Of a stretch of 64,000 bases of DNA, positions 12,171-27,585 are shown piece by piece; position 1 is the first letter of the stretch, and each line of letters starts with the position of its first letter. Source of the DNA: Eledone cirrhosa (taxonomy: Eukaryota); contig OZ024748.1 in the NCBI GenBank assembly GCA_964016885.1, positions 54,250,001 through 54,314,000 of the forward strand, written 5' to 3'. Below the pieces are notes generated by a model that worked only from the letters and a program-made list of their open reading frames with translations, ran no database searches and had not been told where the DNA came from. The position numbers were made by a program, and so were the translations under genes.

Positions 12171-14274
12171 GATTATAAGCTTTGGCTAGATTAGATCACC
12201 GAACCCTTATTTCTGATAAATGATTGGAGATCCATTTACTTGAAACATTGTGTAGATGTAACTAATGAAATTCACCTTTGAAGAATTCCAGTGGATTTAT
12301 TCAGGTAGTAACTTAACATATGGTTTTTATTTAAATAGGAGCCCTTTAGAATGGTCGTTTTGTTTCATAGAATGATTACTGGTTTTGACTGGGTTGATCT
12401 CAAAGGGTTAAACAGAGCCTATAAACAAGTTGTGACCCTGGAGAACCAAGGAAGGGTCCTGTAACTATCTGATACTGCCATTATTACAAAAAGAGAGAAC
12501 AAATTCATCTGTTGTAGATTTTCTCTCAGTGGGGAACTTTCTGTAAATATGTCTTGTATCACATGAGACCACATTAGCAAAACATTCTTGAAAACTACAA
12601 TATGGCAGATTGACCACACTATATTTAAAATTGAAGTATTTATTTTAGTTTACAGCAAATTTCTCAACGATTTCTCCTCGTAAAGATAGTATATATATTT
12701 GAATTTAAAAAAAAAACATTTTTACATATTTCCTGCTCAATTATTGCTGCATATAAAGAGTTAATATTCTGAAAAATATATATATTCTTAATTCAGTATA
12801 AGATAATATATTTGGTGATCAAAACCACACTGAAACCAAGTATATTTCCTTTTCACAACAAGACTCTGCTTTAAGCGGTATTATAGGCTGTAAAGATTAA
12901 ATATGCTTTCACACACTGAATCGTTATAACTATTCTGTCTGTGTAAACCTTGTTATCACTACTGGACTAAAAATGAACAAAAGAAAAGACCAGATCCCTA
13001 CAATTGTCTTGATTGCATTCACTTTCAGTCAATGGTCAAATAATGTTTTCTATTCTCACTAACACTCTCTTTCTCAATTCTTAACCTCATTTTATCAGCT
13101 GCCACTCTCTCTCTCACTCTTTCCCTCTCTCCCCCAACTCCCTCCTTCTCTCTTTCTCCCTCTCTCTCTGTTTACTTACAATGCTTTAGCTTTTCTTTTT
13201 TCACTCTCACACACTTCTTAATTATCACAGATTTTTAATCTCTCTCTCTCTCTTTCTCTCTCTTATTTTTCTCTGTCACATCTTAATCATCTTAATGGTT
13301 CTTCCTCTCATTTCTCTCACTCCCCTCCCCTCTCTCTCTAGCTTTTGTTTATTACTTTGTCTGTTACTTCATTGTCCAGCTCCCTTCTCTGTTCCCTCTC
13401 CCTTCCCCACCTTCACTCTCCAATCTCCTACAATCCTTCCACCACACCACATCTTAATCACAATCATGGGCCGTTGTTAGTTTTCATTAAACTTTATTTA
13501 ATTCTCATGACTCCCATAACGAGTTGAGTAAAATGAGTTTCTGTTTGTCCTTCTCATCACTGCCATTGTCATTGTCATCATCATCATCATCATCATCATC
13601 AGGGCCATTCCTTCCATTGTCATCTGTATTGACATCATCATCATCATCATCATCATCGTTATTACCTTCTTCCTCTTCACCAGCATCATGATGCCCGATC
13701 ATGATCATGATCATCATTATCTTCCTATTTCATCATTTTCTTCTCCTTTCCTGTGATGTCATCAAATCATGATCTTGATTATCATTACCATGACCATCAT
13801 CATCATCACCATAATCATAATCATCCTCATAATCACCATCATGGACATTATTGCATCTTCATTATGGCTATCATCATCATCATCATCATGGCCAATATCA
13901 TTACCATCATGACCATCATCAACATCATAATTTGTTGTAATTTTCATTTTCAACCGATAAAATCATTCCTGTCACAATCACCATCGCCTCCATCGTCATT
14001 GCCATCATCATCACCACCATCATCAACACTATCATCACCACCATCATCAACACTATCATCATCATCATCTCTAATGGCATTACTGTCACTATTCTTATCA
14101 TTATTCTTCAATTTGTGTAAAAGACCATTGAAGTAAGACTCCCTAAAACAAATCTTGAAACAGGGAGCCATTGCCATTTAATTCTTCCTTCCTTCCCATT
14201 ATTTATTTATTTATTTAACCTGCGCCAAATCAGTCCTTTATATTCTGTATTTTTGATTCATATTCTTTCGCTCA

Positions 14275-14400
14275 TTTACTGGTTTCAGTCATTGGGCAGT
14301 GGCCATGCTGGGGCACCACCTTCAAGTGTTTAGTCCAGTCATATCGAGCCTTATTGCAGTTTAGTACTTCTTTTATCAGCCTCTATTTATTTCTCTAAGT
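14275..14400. mobile_element. Dispersed repeat family C (ggtttcagtcattgg..tggccatgctggggcaccaccttcaag)
   Basis: Related copies at ~10065-10100, ~39753-39892 and ~56060-56115. Confidence 0.6.
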
Positions 14401-16448
14401 TATGGTAGACCTTGTTTTAAAAAAAACATCTTTTCTTATTAGACTGAATATCCAAGAAATATTTACTGGACATTTTAGAAAAGATACCACCTCTAGTATT
14501 CTTACCATTTTCACAACCATATTACCACTGTCATCATGCCAACACCACCATACTACCCCCCAGTATTACCATCCCTATCAACAACCATTGCAGCCACAAT
14601 CATTCTTAATCCCACTATCACTACCACCTCAAGTATTATTGTAACTTCCACCACTACAATCATCCTTATTACTATCACTACCATTGTCTCCACCACTATT
14701 ACCAGCACCACCACCACAACTACTATCTCAATCAACACCACTACCACCTCTACAGATCATTACCACCACTACTACAACCATCATTATTACCCCTGACACC
14801 ACCACTACAACTACTATCCAAACTTCGGTCACTACAATCACCACCAGTTCCACCACCACCATCATGCATTATCACCACAATCTCTACCTCTGCAACTTCC
14901 AGCAGCAGCACTATCTAAATTTCCACCACTTCAACCATCACCATTGACATCACCTATAAAAACAACACCAACAACAACAACAACACCAGTCTTACTATCC
15001 ACAATCCATCCACTTCCATCCCACATCCAAATTTCTTCTTCATTTCAAACATCTGCATGTTTAATTCTTTGCTCGGCACTAATGTTTGTGGTAGGGCTGG
15101 TGTTGGTGTTGGTGGTGGTGTTAGTGATGTTGCTGCTGGTATTAGTGCTTGTGTTGGTGGTGGAGTTGGTATTGGTATTGGTGTTGGTTTTGTTGGTGGT
15201 GCTGGTGTTGGTGTTAGCGGTGCCGAATGTTGAATTTATTAGTGTCTTCGCTGCTATCCCATTTACGATTTTAATCGCGATAATAACATTGCTAGGAACC
15301 TCCAACACTTCCATCCACTTTCCCTCATCAACCTTTACACACCACACCTCTCCTTCCATCATACTACCGTAACAACCTTTACCACACCACACCCTACCAT
15401 CATACCACCTCAACAACCTTTACATGCTGCACCTCCTACCATCATACCACCTCTCCTCCTTGTGTCCTGGCCTGAGCATGACCATGACTTCCTTCAAATC
15501 TTCAACAATACTAATTTTTCATTTCAATTTTGGATTGGATTGGATTGGATAGGTTAGGTGGCTGGTTGGTGGGTTCTCTGGTCGGTTGTTGTGTTTTATA
15601 ATTTGTGTTGCTATTGTTTTTGTTGTTGTTATTGGCATTGGTATTGTTCCTAGTGTGTGTTGTTGTTGTTGTTGTTGTGATGGTAATGTGGCATTTGTGC
15701 TTGTAGTCAATATAATAATTCAGGTGTTAGTGCTAGTGTTGGTGGTGGCAGTGTTAGTATTGGAAGCTAGTAGTGAGAATGTTGTTGGTGGTAGTGATGG
15801 TAGTGAGGATTCTTAGTATCAGTAGTTATTCCTGATATTCATGGTGATGGTGATGATGATGTTGGAGATAATAGTGATGATGATGGTAATGGAGATAATA
15901 GTGCTAATGGTGATAGTGATGATGATGATGATGATGTTGGAGATAATAGTGATGATGATGGTAATGGAGATAATAGTGTTAATGGTGATAGTGATGATGA
16001 TGATGATGATTATGATGATTGTGATGTTGGAGATAATAGTGATGATGATGATGATGTTGGTCTTTGACTTGGGTTTTGCAAGTCAATAACGAGACAACCT
16101 GCTTGTTGTTTTTAACTGTGTATTGCTTTTGTTGTCATTAACGATATTATTATTATTATTATTATTATTATTTACTGTTCTTTACAGATTCCTAGCCTTG
16201 TGTTGTTGTTATTGTTAGTTGTTGTTGTTTTAATTAAGAGAAAATTGGATATTTTTTCCTTTTCTTTCCTATTTCTTTGCAATATGGTACTCTCACCCTA
16301 TCCCTCTCTCCTCCTTTCACATACACACTACATACATATATTCATGTATGCACATTCAAACATACACACATGTATATATATATATATATATATATACCAT
16401 CATCGTGTGTATATATATATATATATCATCTTGTGTGTGTATATATAT

Positions 16449-16483
<35 letters not shown>

Positions 16484-18014
16484 CACATATATACTGACAT
16501 TCACACACACATATATATGTATATATATACTCACACACATACACACACACTCATATATATACACACAAAACAACTGGATAAAGAAAGAAAAGAAATAAAA
16601 CAATATATAATGAAAAAAAAACAACAATAATAACTAAGAAATAAGATAATAGAACAACAACAACAACAGCTGTATTAACTATAGGAAAATATGGCTATTT
16701 GTTTTTATGAAATATTAAACCTTTCCTTGCAAGATTCTTTGTCAAAATTGTCATCATCATCACTGTCATCATCATCATCATCATCATTATTATCATCATC
16801 ATCATCACCATCATCACCATGACCACCAGCATCAACATCATCATCATTACAACTACCATCATCACAACTATTATTGTCATTTTCGTTATTCTAATTATCA
16901 TCATCATCACCATCATTAGCATTGTCATTTCATCATTTTAATTATCATAATCATCATCAACATCATCCCCATCACCATTTGGCCTGTAATTTTCATTGCT
17001 GTTGTTGTTGAGATGATGATGATTATTATTATTATTATTATTATTATTGTAATTCAAACATGTCTTAAATAATGGTTTTATTCATCAGTCTCACTTCTTT
17101 GACATTTCTGCCCCCCCCCCCTCTTCTCTCTCTACCTATCCCCTGACCTTACTGCCATATTGACAAGTTATGATGGTCAAATGATTAAATCAGAAGTTCA
17201 TATTCTATTATTGATGTTCACTTGTACCTTAATCAAGGTATTGGACCCTTTCTATCTTTTTTCTATACCTAGAGGTCCATGGGCCCTAAACTCCTAAAGA
17301 TGTCATAGGTGTGGCATCATAAGGGTACCGTTGTGTCTTGGCTATTTTAAACCTTGTGTCACCCATACTTCTCCAAATCTGAATGAAGCCAATTTTTTCA
17401 GAGAGAAAGAGAGTGATTGAGAAAGAGGGGTAGGGGGAATTTGGAAGAAATATCAGAAGAATTGACCCCAGTACCAGACTGGTACTTTATGGCAGGATTT
17501 GAACTCAGAACACAGAGAGCCTGAACATGTACTGAGGTATTTTGAACCCAACACCCTAAGCATTGTGTCAGTTCATTGCCTCAGTAAATGTATTTATTAT
17601 TTGTACCAAATATATTTTACAGTTAACTGCATCAACAATAATTCCATCTATAGTTAGAAGAGCAGGAATTTCTAGGCAGGTTGTATAGTTGATTGAATCA
17701 ACTTTAGTGTATGACTGGGACTTATTTTACTGACAGTGTGCTAAAATAGACAACATCCACTCTTATTTTTTAGATCACTGTCATCTTTAACAGCAATAAC
17801 AGGGCCAATGAAAGGGCTTCATTCTATGTTGGTGGTTTTTAGTTTTTGGTCTATTGACCCCTACAGGCTGGTCTACAAAGATCATACTGGGGTTTTGTGA
17901 GCTTGTTCAGTATATAGACCTTTCAAAAGCTTAGCAACCATCGGACAATTCATTCAAATAAATGGGGTCCTTGGTAGAGAAAAAGGTGGAAGCCACTGAT
18001 TTGTGATAACCTAA

Positions 18015-18190
18015 CCAACTAGAAATAGCAGCCAAATGTCCCTCAAATCACATTCTTACTGTCTTAAAAATAGAAGACTTTAATAAAGTAGTTTGGGGTT
18101 GGGGCCTATGACTTAAAGAAAATCTGGATGGTCATGGCTGGAATGTCTTTGTTCAATCAGGGTTCACCGGGGGTCTAACCAACAAAAACA
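18015..18190. mobile_element. Dispersed repeat family D (ctagaaatagcagccaaat...(CAA)n)
   Basis: Same orientation at ~44655-44820; opposite orientation at ~10625-10690, 21665-21890, ~26690-26740 and ~52415-52465. Confidence 0.65.
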
Positions 18191-18465
18191 TTAGTAATCA
18201 CAGTATCCTTGTCTGTCCATTTCAGCAAAATCTCTGCATCATTATCACCATCATCATCATCATCATCATCATCCTCCTCATCAGCATCATTATCATTTAT
18301 GCCATCATCATCATTTGTTTGTTTTTGTGTCCACCTCCCAACATCAATTTTAACGAAGTCATTATCAGCATCATTCCTGCCATCCTTATCAAAATCATCA
18401 TCATCATCATCATCATTTATCAACAATTACAATAAAAGCATCATCCTTCCTTCTGCCTCACTGTG

Positions 18466-18498
<33 letters not shown>

Positions 18499-18904
18499 TA
18501 ACAATACCAACATCCTCAGTATGTCTGTCTGTCTGTGTGTCCACATTAAACAGCAGCATTAACATTAGCTCTGTATTAGTGTGTGTATGTGTATATATGT
18601 GTGTATGTATGTGTGCGTGTATTTGTATATCTATGTCGGTATACATGTGTCTGTACATGTGGGTATATATGTGTGTGTGTGTCCACCTTACATCAACAAT
18701 AATAACATTATGTGTGTGTGTGTCTCTGCTATCTTCTTGCCTCTATTTCATTAGAAGAATAAAACAACAACAATAATTACAACAACAACAACTGTAAACG
18801 GAGGAACTGTAATGAACATTTAGTGAAGGGTCACCACCATCTTGGGTGTTGTTCTGTTAGGGTTTTTTCTATTATTTTTTGTTGTTGTTGTCTTTGTATT
18901 GCTT

Positions 18905-19860
18905 GCGTCATTGTCACCATCATCACCAGTATCATCATAACCACTATCATCATCATTGTCACCACCATCACCAGTATCATCATAACCACTATCATCATCA
19001 TTGTCACCACCATCACCAGTATCATCATAACCACTATCATCATCATTGTCACCACCATCACCAGTATCATCATAACCACTATCATCATCATTGTCACCGC
19101 CATCACCAGTATCATCATAACCAGTATCATTATCACTATTGTCATCATCATTATCATCGTAATCAACATTACCAGCACCATCATTGCAGTCATCATCATC
19201 ATCGTTACCAACGTTGGTGTCATCACCAACATCACCACTAGCAGAAGCAGCAACAGAAGCCATCATCATCATCTTCATTGCCCTCACCACCACCACCACC
19301 AGCACCATCTCAGCAATCACCACCACCACAACCACCAATACTACCACCATCATTGCCTTCACCACCACCATCACAGCAATCATCAATACTATCACCAACA
19401 CCACTACCAACGCCACCACCATCACAACAATCACTAATACTATCACCAACACCACCACCATCACAACAATCACCAATACTATCACCAACACCACTACCAA
19501 CACCACCACCATCACAACAATCATCAATACTATCACCAACACCACTACCAACGCCACCACCATCACAACAATCTTCAATACTATCACCAACACCACCACC
19601 ATCACAGCAATCACCAATACTATCACCAACACCACTACCAACACCACTACCAACACCACCACCATCACACCAATCATTAATACTATCACCAACACCACTA
19701 CCAACACCACCACCATCACACCAATCATCAATACTATCACCAACACCACTACCAACACCACCACCATCACACCAATCATTAATACTATCACCAACACCAC
19801 CACCATCACACCAATCACCAATACTATCACCAACACCACTACCAACATCACCACCACCAT
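18905..19860. repeat. Two adjacent trinucleotide-derived minisatellites (39-bp unit, then 36/48-bp unit)
   Basis: tcattgtcaccaccatcaccagtatcatcataaccacta x5, then caccaccatcacaacaatcaccaatactatcaccaacaccactaccaa x~10. Confidence 0.9.
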
Positions 19861-20829
19861 TGTTTTGTCATCACCACCATCATCCTCCATGTTCATTTTT
19901 GTTTTTATATTTAAAGAATATTTTGAAGGAGTTGAGGTTTTATTTGCATAATACTGGCTGGATAGCTGGCAGGCTGGATAGCTGGCATGGCAGAGCTGGA
20001 TAGCTGGGTTAGTTGAACAACTATGTGAACCTAACCCAACCCCACCATGTCACCTCTGCTCTCCTTACATCACTGCCACCTACTGGCACTACAGATGAAG
20101 ACACATACATACACACACAGAACCACATACACATTCACACTCTTACACACACACACATTCATAATCACATACACATGCACACACATACATTTATACATAC
20201 ATGCACATCCATAGATACATTCACACTCTTACACACATATATATACATACACACCACCACCACAGAGAGTGAGAAAGAGAGACAGTTGTGTACACACAAG
20301 ATACAAGCAGTCACATATACATACATGCATCTCCACATATTGATTGGTTGGCCAGATGGATGGATAGATGGACAGATGACTAGAATTATGAGTAATTAAA
20401 AAAACAAAATAAGAAAATGAGCTAAGGGAGATAACTCAAGTGGGCTAATGACATGGATTTCGACGAATAAGAGGAAATATATGTAATGATATATGCCCAA
20501 AATGCTCACTTAATTGAAATTTCCCTTTTAGGTAGGGAACCTAACAGTCCTTGTTAGTACCTCTCAAAGAAAAATGGGGATAATTTCAAGGAATTAAAAA
20601 GTAATTTCTTTTAATTAATTTGCATATAGAAGGGGGTTCTCTGATCATCGTCAGCAGACAAGGTGACAGCTATGGGCATAATTCTGTTGAACTTCATCCC
20701 TGTAGCAGAGGGAAACTCTGCTTTGATCAGTCGACAAAGGCTTTTGCTTTTAGAAAATGTGTAAGAAAGGTTTTTGGTCTGTAGTAATTCTCCTTCATCT
20801 TCATCAAGTTTCACTGGGTGAAAGTCCTA

Positions 20830-21047
20830 TTAACCCCTTAATGTTCAAACCGGCCAGAATTCTCTACCTCTTTCTGTTGAAACTGGCTGTAACTGGTCGC
20901 TCAAACTGATGTTAAGGTATTGTTCTCAAAATAAATACTTTCAAAATCTCATAGATTCCATATTATGTGAGATAATTATGTGAGGTAAAGCATTTACCAT
21001 GAAAATATAATAGTATATATAAAATAATGTGAATGCTAAAGGGTTAA
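20830..21047. mobile_element. Second TTAA-flanked MITE (piggyBac-type TIRs)
   Basis: TTAA-CCCCTTAATGTTCA ... TGAATGCTAAAGGG-TTAA: imperfect TIRs with TTAA at both ends. Confidence 0.7.
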
Positions 21048-21049
21048 AA

Positions 21050-21200
21050 GCAACCATCTGCACAAGATCTGACTGGATCTCCAATCGAGAGCATCCATGT
21101 TTATTGAAGTTATCCAACTATCTTGCTTGTGGTCTCCCTCTGCATCTCCTGCCAGTTGGCTTAACCAGCAAAATCTGTCTTGTGATTCTTTCCTTAGACA
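21050..21200 (-). mobile_element. Decayed RTE-clade LINE fragment (ORF C-terminus)
   Basis: Minus-strand translation RITRQILLVKPTGRRCRGRPQAR*LDNFNKHGCSRLEI matches the G.R.RGRP..RW.D motif of RTE elements, with a stop at the W codon. Confidence 0.7.
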
Positions 21201-22457
21201 AAGATTGCGTATCTCTGGCCCCAGAGTGGGTCCAGAAGGGAGCAAACATGAACAATTGGAAACTGCTGTAGTTTACATTTAAAAAAATAAACATTAGGTG
21301 GATGGATATTAATCTTCAAGATTTTTTTTGCTCCCTTAGCAAATATTATTTTGTAAATTTCACCCCCCAGTTTATGTCCATCCTTATCTTTCTTTAGTCT
21401 TTGTTAGCATTTCTTTGTTTTCTTATTCCACCCATTTTTTTTTTGCTTCCTATTTTTAACCCTCATACTTCCCCTACCACTCACCCCACCCCTCACCCCT
21501 GCACTTCTTTTCACTTCCTTTCTGCTTTTGTATATGTTTGTATGTCAATGTTTTCTTCTTTCTTAGTCCTGCTCTCAGTGATTGCATCTGATTTGGTTAA
21601 TTCTGATGCTAATTATAACTGTGTTGGCAGTGCTTCTGTTTAGATTGTGAAGGGAGATAGCAGCAGTTGTTGTTGTTTAGCCCCAGGTCAATGCTGACTA
21701 ACCAAACTAATGATCAAAAATCCAACTACCATGCGATGACTATCCTATCTTTTTAGTATATCGAATATGACATTGTCCATATCCTTTGTTTTGTTTATTT
21801 GTTGTTTTTTCTAAAGATGGTATGATGTGGTTTGAGGCAGATTTGGCTGCTGTTTCTAGCAGATCAAGTGACCACATAGAGGATTCCTTGTTAATTTGGA
21901 AGGGTGTGGTGGGACTAGATGGTAGTGATAGTCAGTGCTAAGTGTGTTTTGTAGTTGTGGTGGGGACGGTGGTGGCCAGAACAGTGATGGACAGTTAGTA
22001 GTTTAGGCTAAAGTATGGTGGTGGTGGTGGAGAAAGGGGAGATAACTACAAGAGCTCCCCATTCTGTATGGTGGCTGAGACAGAGAAAGGGATAAGAATA
22101 GAACCAAATACTCCACTTTCTCTCTCTCTCAGCTTTATTCGCCCCCTTCACCCCACCTCCCATGAGCCTATTCTTGATAAGACAATAGCTTGTTCTCTTT
22201 TCTGACTTTAGTTGAGTTTCCTCTTTATAATGGTGTGTGTATGTGTGTGTGGAAAAGTATGCATATGTGTATGATTATATGGGTCAATGCATGTTTCTGT
22301 ATGAATTTCTCATTATAAACATATCAACACACACACACACAAGAACATATATATATTGTGTACGAAGTTCCCATTATGTCTTTATATGTGCATGCTTGCT
22401 TGCGTATGTATATACATATATACACACGTATGTATGTGAATATATATATATGTAAAT

Positions 22458-22494
<37 letters not shown>

Positions 22495-22899
22495 CATATA
22501 TACACATGTATGTATGTATGCATTGGCCTTTGTATGCATATAGAGCTAATTAAGATTATTTTCTTGTTTTATGTACTTGAGAAAGTGTGTGTTTTCTGTT
22601 ATATGTATACGGCTGTGTATGCATAATTAAACTTATCTAACATTTAACTACTTGAGATTCTGTATGTGTTTACTTCAGTTTCGACGTGCGTCTATGCACA
22701 CACATACATTAAAAAAATGGATTTTGCTCTATGTGGAATCTGGCAGTTACTTTCTGCGTATTAATATATCTGCTTGTATGTGTATTGTATGCGTGTGTGT
22801 GTATGTATATACCTCATCAATATACTGACTCTGCATCCCACCATGCATTGAGTACTACTCTCATTTATAATCTTCTCAGTCTTCTTACTACAGACACAA

Positions 22900-22990
<91 letters not shown>

Positions 22991-23576
22991 ATATATGTGC
23001 GTGTGAGTGTGTGTATATTTATATATGTATGTTTATATCTAAAGTATTTCTTATCGCAACTTAATTGTTCATGGTAGTTATTGTTATGCCTCTTGTCATT
23101 GTGCTTCCTGTTGTTGTTGTTGTTATGGCTTACACCTGCATATGTTTAGCCAGCTTCCTATGAAATGCAATCTCCTTTGAGGTTTCTTGGGTGTTTTAAT
23201 AATAGATGGCCCTAGGCCTATCATGTTGCCATTTTTCCAATGACGACGCTGGGTGTGTGTGCAAGATTTGATCTCAGGAGTCACAGAACCAGAACAGGTA
23301 TCATAAAGATGTCCTTAAAACATACTCTAACATTTTTACTGTTTCCTTACCCTGCACTGATTAGGAAAGACAAAATAGATCTCGGTGTCATTTGAACTCC
23401 AGAACAAACACTGCAAAAGCTTTTAATTTGACATTCTAAGACATCTGATCTAACACTGCCTTGTGTATATATATATATGTATATGTGTGTGTCTGTGGGG
23501 GGGGGGGGGATTATGATCTACTTTCATGGTGGTCAGGGTTGTAATTCTTAAGAGATTGTTGTTACTTATGATAAGA

Positions 23577-23838
23577 TTAACCCTTTCAATACCGAACCAC
23601 CTAAAACTGCCCCTCTTTCTATGTTACAAAACTATTTCTTTTAAAGTGTTTATATTTATCTAGAAACGTTCCTTCATAAATTTTTGTAAGAACTTTTGTT
23701 ATGTTCCAAACACCAGATTAATATTGAGGAAATTATATTAATTACTAAATCTTCCCTAACGCTTTATTATTTTCAAAATTATTTGAATATCATAGGCATC
23801 AGTGTCATTTATTAGAAATATAGCAATGAAAGAATTAA
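23577..23838 (+). mobile_element. Full-length ~260-bp TTAA-MITE
   Basis: TTAA-CCCTTTCAATACC ... GCAATGAAAGAA-TTAA; several partial copies occur in the window. Confidence 0.75.
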
Positions 23839-25423
23839 GGTTGCCATCAGAATTCCTTGTGTTATTGTATAACCAAGTTATATGTAGTAACCCTGATGAA
23901 GGTTGACTTTTGGCAAGCATATATACTTAAACCACAATATTCCAACATATACACACAAACATTTGCGTGGCATAGTTTAAGAGAAAAATCTTATACGCAA
24001 TAGATATTACGATATTTCTTGGCACATTGTTACCGTTCTAAAGAACAGAAATTATTATATTTAATTAATTTTATTGAAAGACTTGTTATATCGAAAGAAA
24101 ACACTTTTCTTTCTCATACATCAATATAGTTTCTATTTCTTTCACTCTGTCAATGTTTGCTCCTCGTTCACCCTTTCTTTCATTCTACCTTCTTCATTTT
24201 GTTTCATTCCATCATCTCAGCTTTTACATATATCTCCTTCATTCCTCCTCATTCTCCTCCTTAGTCTTCTTCCTCCTTCTTGTTCTTGTTCTTCTCTTCC
24301 TACTCCTCCTTCTTCCTTTCCTCCACCTTATTCTCTTTCGTTCCTCCTCGTTCTTCTTCTTCTTCTTCTTCTTCTTCTTCTTCTTCTTCTTCTTCTTCTT
24401 CTTCTTCTTCAGTCCTCTTTCCTCCTTTTCCTTTTTTCTATTCTTTTTCTTTCTTCCTTACCTTTTGTTTTGGTTTTCTTCATTTTTTTCCCCCATTTCC
24501 TTCTTACTGCTTCTTCAACAACCTCTTCCTCTTCTCTCTCTCTCTCCTCCTCTTCCTCTTCTCCCCCTCTTCCTCTACTCTCTCCTCCCTCTCCTCCTCT
24601 TCCCCTATTCTCTCCTGTCTTCATCTAATATTTTAAAATTGCTGCCAAGTAGTTAGGAAAATCCATTAATTTTATCTGCAAATATTAAATTCATAAGTAT
24701 TACAATGTGTGTATGAGTGAGCGGGTGGGTTGAGTTGGGGTTGTGGGGGGTCATGGTGGCGTCTTTTGGTGGTTGAAGAAATGTGTGTGTGTGTGTCAGC
24801 ATGTGTGTACATAGGCGTGCGAATGTGTGTAAGGTGTTTGTGTAGTGTAATCTCTAATTGTTGATATATTTTATTGCTCATGTATGCCTCTGTGTATATA
24901 TGTGTATTTGAGTGTGTCTGTACATGTGTGTGTTTGCGTGTGTCTGTGTGTGTGTGTACGTGTGTCTGTATGTGTACGTGTGTGTGTGTGTGTGTGCTTA
25001 CATTCATGTAGGAAGGTGTAATATATATATATATATATATATATTATTATTCATTATATATATATATCCGTGTATATGTATGCTTATGTGTGCTAATGGA
25101 TTTATAATTGTGTAGTTATGTGTGTGCATGAGTGGATGTTAGTGTGTGCAGCTGATGTCTGTATATGCATATATATACATATATATAGGTATATATTCAC
25201 ACATATTAGGGTTTGTCTGTGCTTGTATACACCACTTTCTAATTGCTGGTGAGTGTATGTACATGTCTGAATGGAGGAATATGTAATACACAGACACACA
25301 TATATATTTGTGTATATGTATATATATATATATATATATGAATATATATATATATATATATGTGTATATATAAACATAAATATGTATATATATATATATG
25401 TACATATATATATATATATGTAC

Positions 25424-25460
<37 letters not shown>

Positions 25461-26057
25461 TATACACATATATATAATGTATGTATGCATGTGTGAGGGA
25501 GTATGCATGTATATAGGTAGGTGTGTGCGTGACCGTGTATAACTGCATTATGATGAATGGTTTAAGACTTAGAAGAATACGTGTTGTTGGCCCAACAATA
25601 AATCTTATCTGACACATCATTTAATTGTTGCTGCAGTACTTCGTCAAGCACCATTGTTCTCCTTCATCCCTGCCATGTTTACTGTATAGACAATTATATT
25701 GGTATGTCTCTTACGTGTCACATCTGCTCTGACGTGACACAATACCGCTGTCACACTTCCTCTACAACACATTTGCCATGTTCTTTTCAACCATAAATTT
25801 ATGCATCTCATTTGCTTACTGTCTCTACCCCCCCCCTCCATCGCTCACTCTCTCTCTCTCATTGTTTCTCACTTCCTCCCTCTCTCTCTCTCTCTTTTCT
25901 TTCCACTCTTCTCCAACAACTCCATCAAGTTTGATCCCTCATCTTCAATGTGTCACACACACTGCTTCGCCAGGTTCTGGTTTACATTAGGTGCGACATA
26001 TCACTTTGTTACATCTATAAACATTCACCCTACCATCTACCATGTCACATCTGATAG

Positions 26058-26358
26058 CATGTGACCTAGTGGTTAGTGTGTTGGACTTACATTCATAAGG
26101 GTTTGTTTCAATGACTGGAGAGCACACTTGGTTCTGTAGCATGACTTTTCATGATAGGACCCCACCCCCATCATTAAAACACCTAAGAAACTTCCTATGA
26201 GATACAACTTCATAAGAGGCCAACTAAACCTGCATAGGTGTGAGCTGTAGCTACAGCATAAGACTAGGGGCTCCCTATCATTAAAACATCTAAGAAACTT
26301 CCTAGGAGATACAACTTTGTAAAAGGCCAGCTAAGCCTGATTTAGTGTGAGCTGTAAA
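26058..26358 (+). mobile_element. SINE family B head with a tandemly duplicated third type of tail
   Basis: Head GACCTAGTGGTTAG. Two ~110-bp copies of tcattaaaacacctaagaaacttccta...gtgtgagctgta; the same tail occurs at ~57165-57243 and ~57595-57675. Confidence 0.65.
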
Positions 26359-27129
26359 TTTTTTTTCTTTATTTTTCTTTTTGTTTTCATTTCTAATGTT
26401 AGAATTTCTCTACTGAGATAATTTACAACACAACAAACACCATCAATTATATTGTTGTAATATTACATGAATACTAGTCTCAATGTTCTGTACTCTGACA
26501 CACTAATATCTTGTGGTTAAACCTTTCATTACCATATTTCAACAAAAAACCACTTCCTCTGATTATCAAATAATTTTGAAAATAATACAAAAATTTAAAG
26601 GATTTAGTAGTAGAATGATGAGTAGGTGTACTTGCTTAGCCCATCATTGAAACTACTCTAAGAAATGATGTTATAAACAGTAATGTCTAGTTTAGCTACT
26701 ATTTCTAGCAGAGTTAGAGACCATTAATAGGCTCCCTCATTTGCAAAGCCTACTTTCTTACCCATCAGTGGCACAACACCCAGGAACCAATGAGGAGTTT
26801 CTATAGTACACAGTGCTAAGATTGTCCTGTGAGCAACATACCTATAGTAGACTGGTGTCTTAATCAGGTGCACAGATGTCTCTCAATGGTGTTTATTAGT
26901 ATATTAGTTTCACATTAGTGTTTATTAGTAACAGCTTCTGTTTCCTCTCTTCTTCTATTGATGTTAATTCAATTATAAGGTGGGTTGAACCAGCTGACGT
27001 ATAATAGATTTACAAGTTCCCTTGACATACCTTGCAGTTTCTATGTGTGTGTGTGTGTGTGTATATATATGTATCATCATCATCATTATCAGTAACGTCC
27101 GCTTACCCTGCTATCGATATATTTATGTA

Positions 27130-27175
<46 letters not shown>

Positions 27176-27283
27176 TGTATGCATGTGTATATATATATAT
27201 GCATGTATATGCTTATGTATTAATGCATATTCATAATCATATGATAGTTCATATTTCTGTATATGCAAACATGGTACCACACA

Positions 27284-27346
<63 letters not shown>

Positions 27347-27551
27347 TTAAGGATTATTAACTTTCTGCTAGATTTTATTTTGGAATGATTTTATTTTGGA
27401 ATTATGCCATAAGGGTATAAAAAAATAAATAATGTATATATATATCTACACCTATCTCTCTATATATATGTATGGGTGTGTATATATCTATACATCTCTC
27501 TCTCTCTATATATATATATATTTATTTATATATCTGTCTATAGTATATGTA

Positions 27552-27585
<34 letters not shown>

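Noticed and set aside
12170-13060. Long unique AT-rich stretch examined for exons
   Set aside because: No open frame with recognisable similarity and no convincing splice-site pair; possibly an old transposon.
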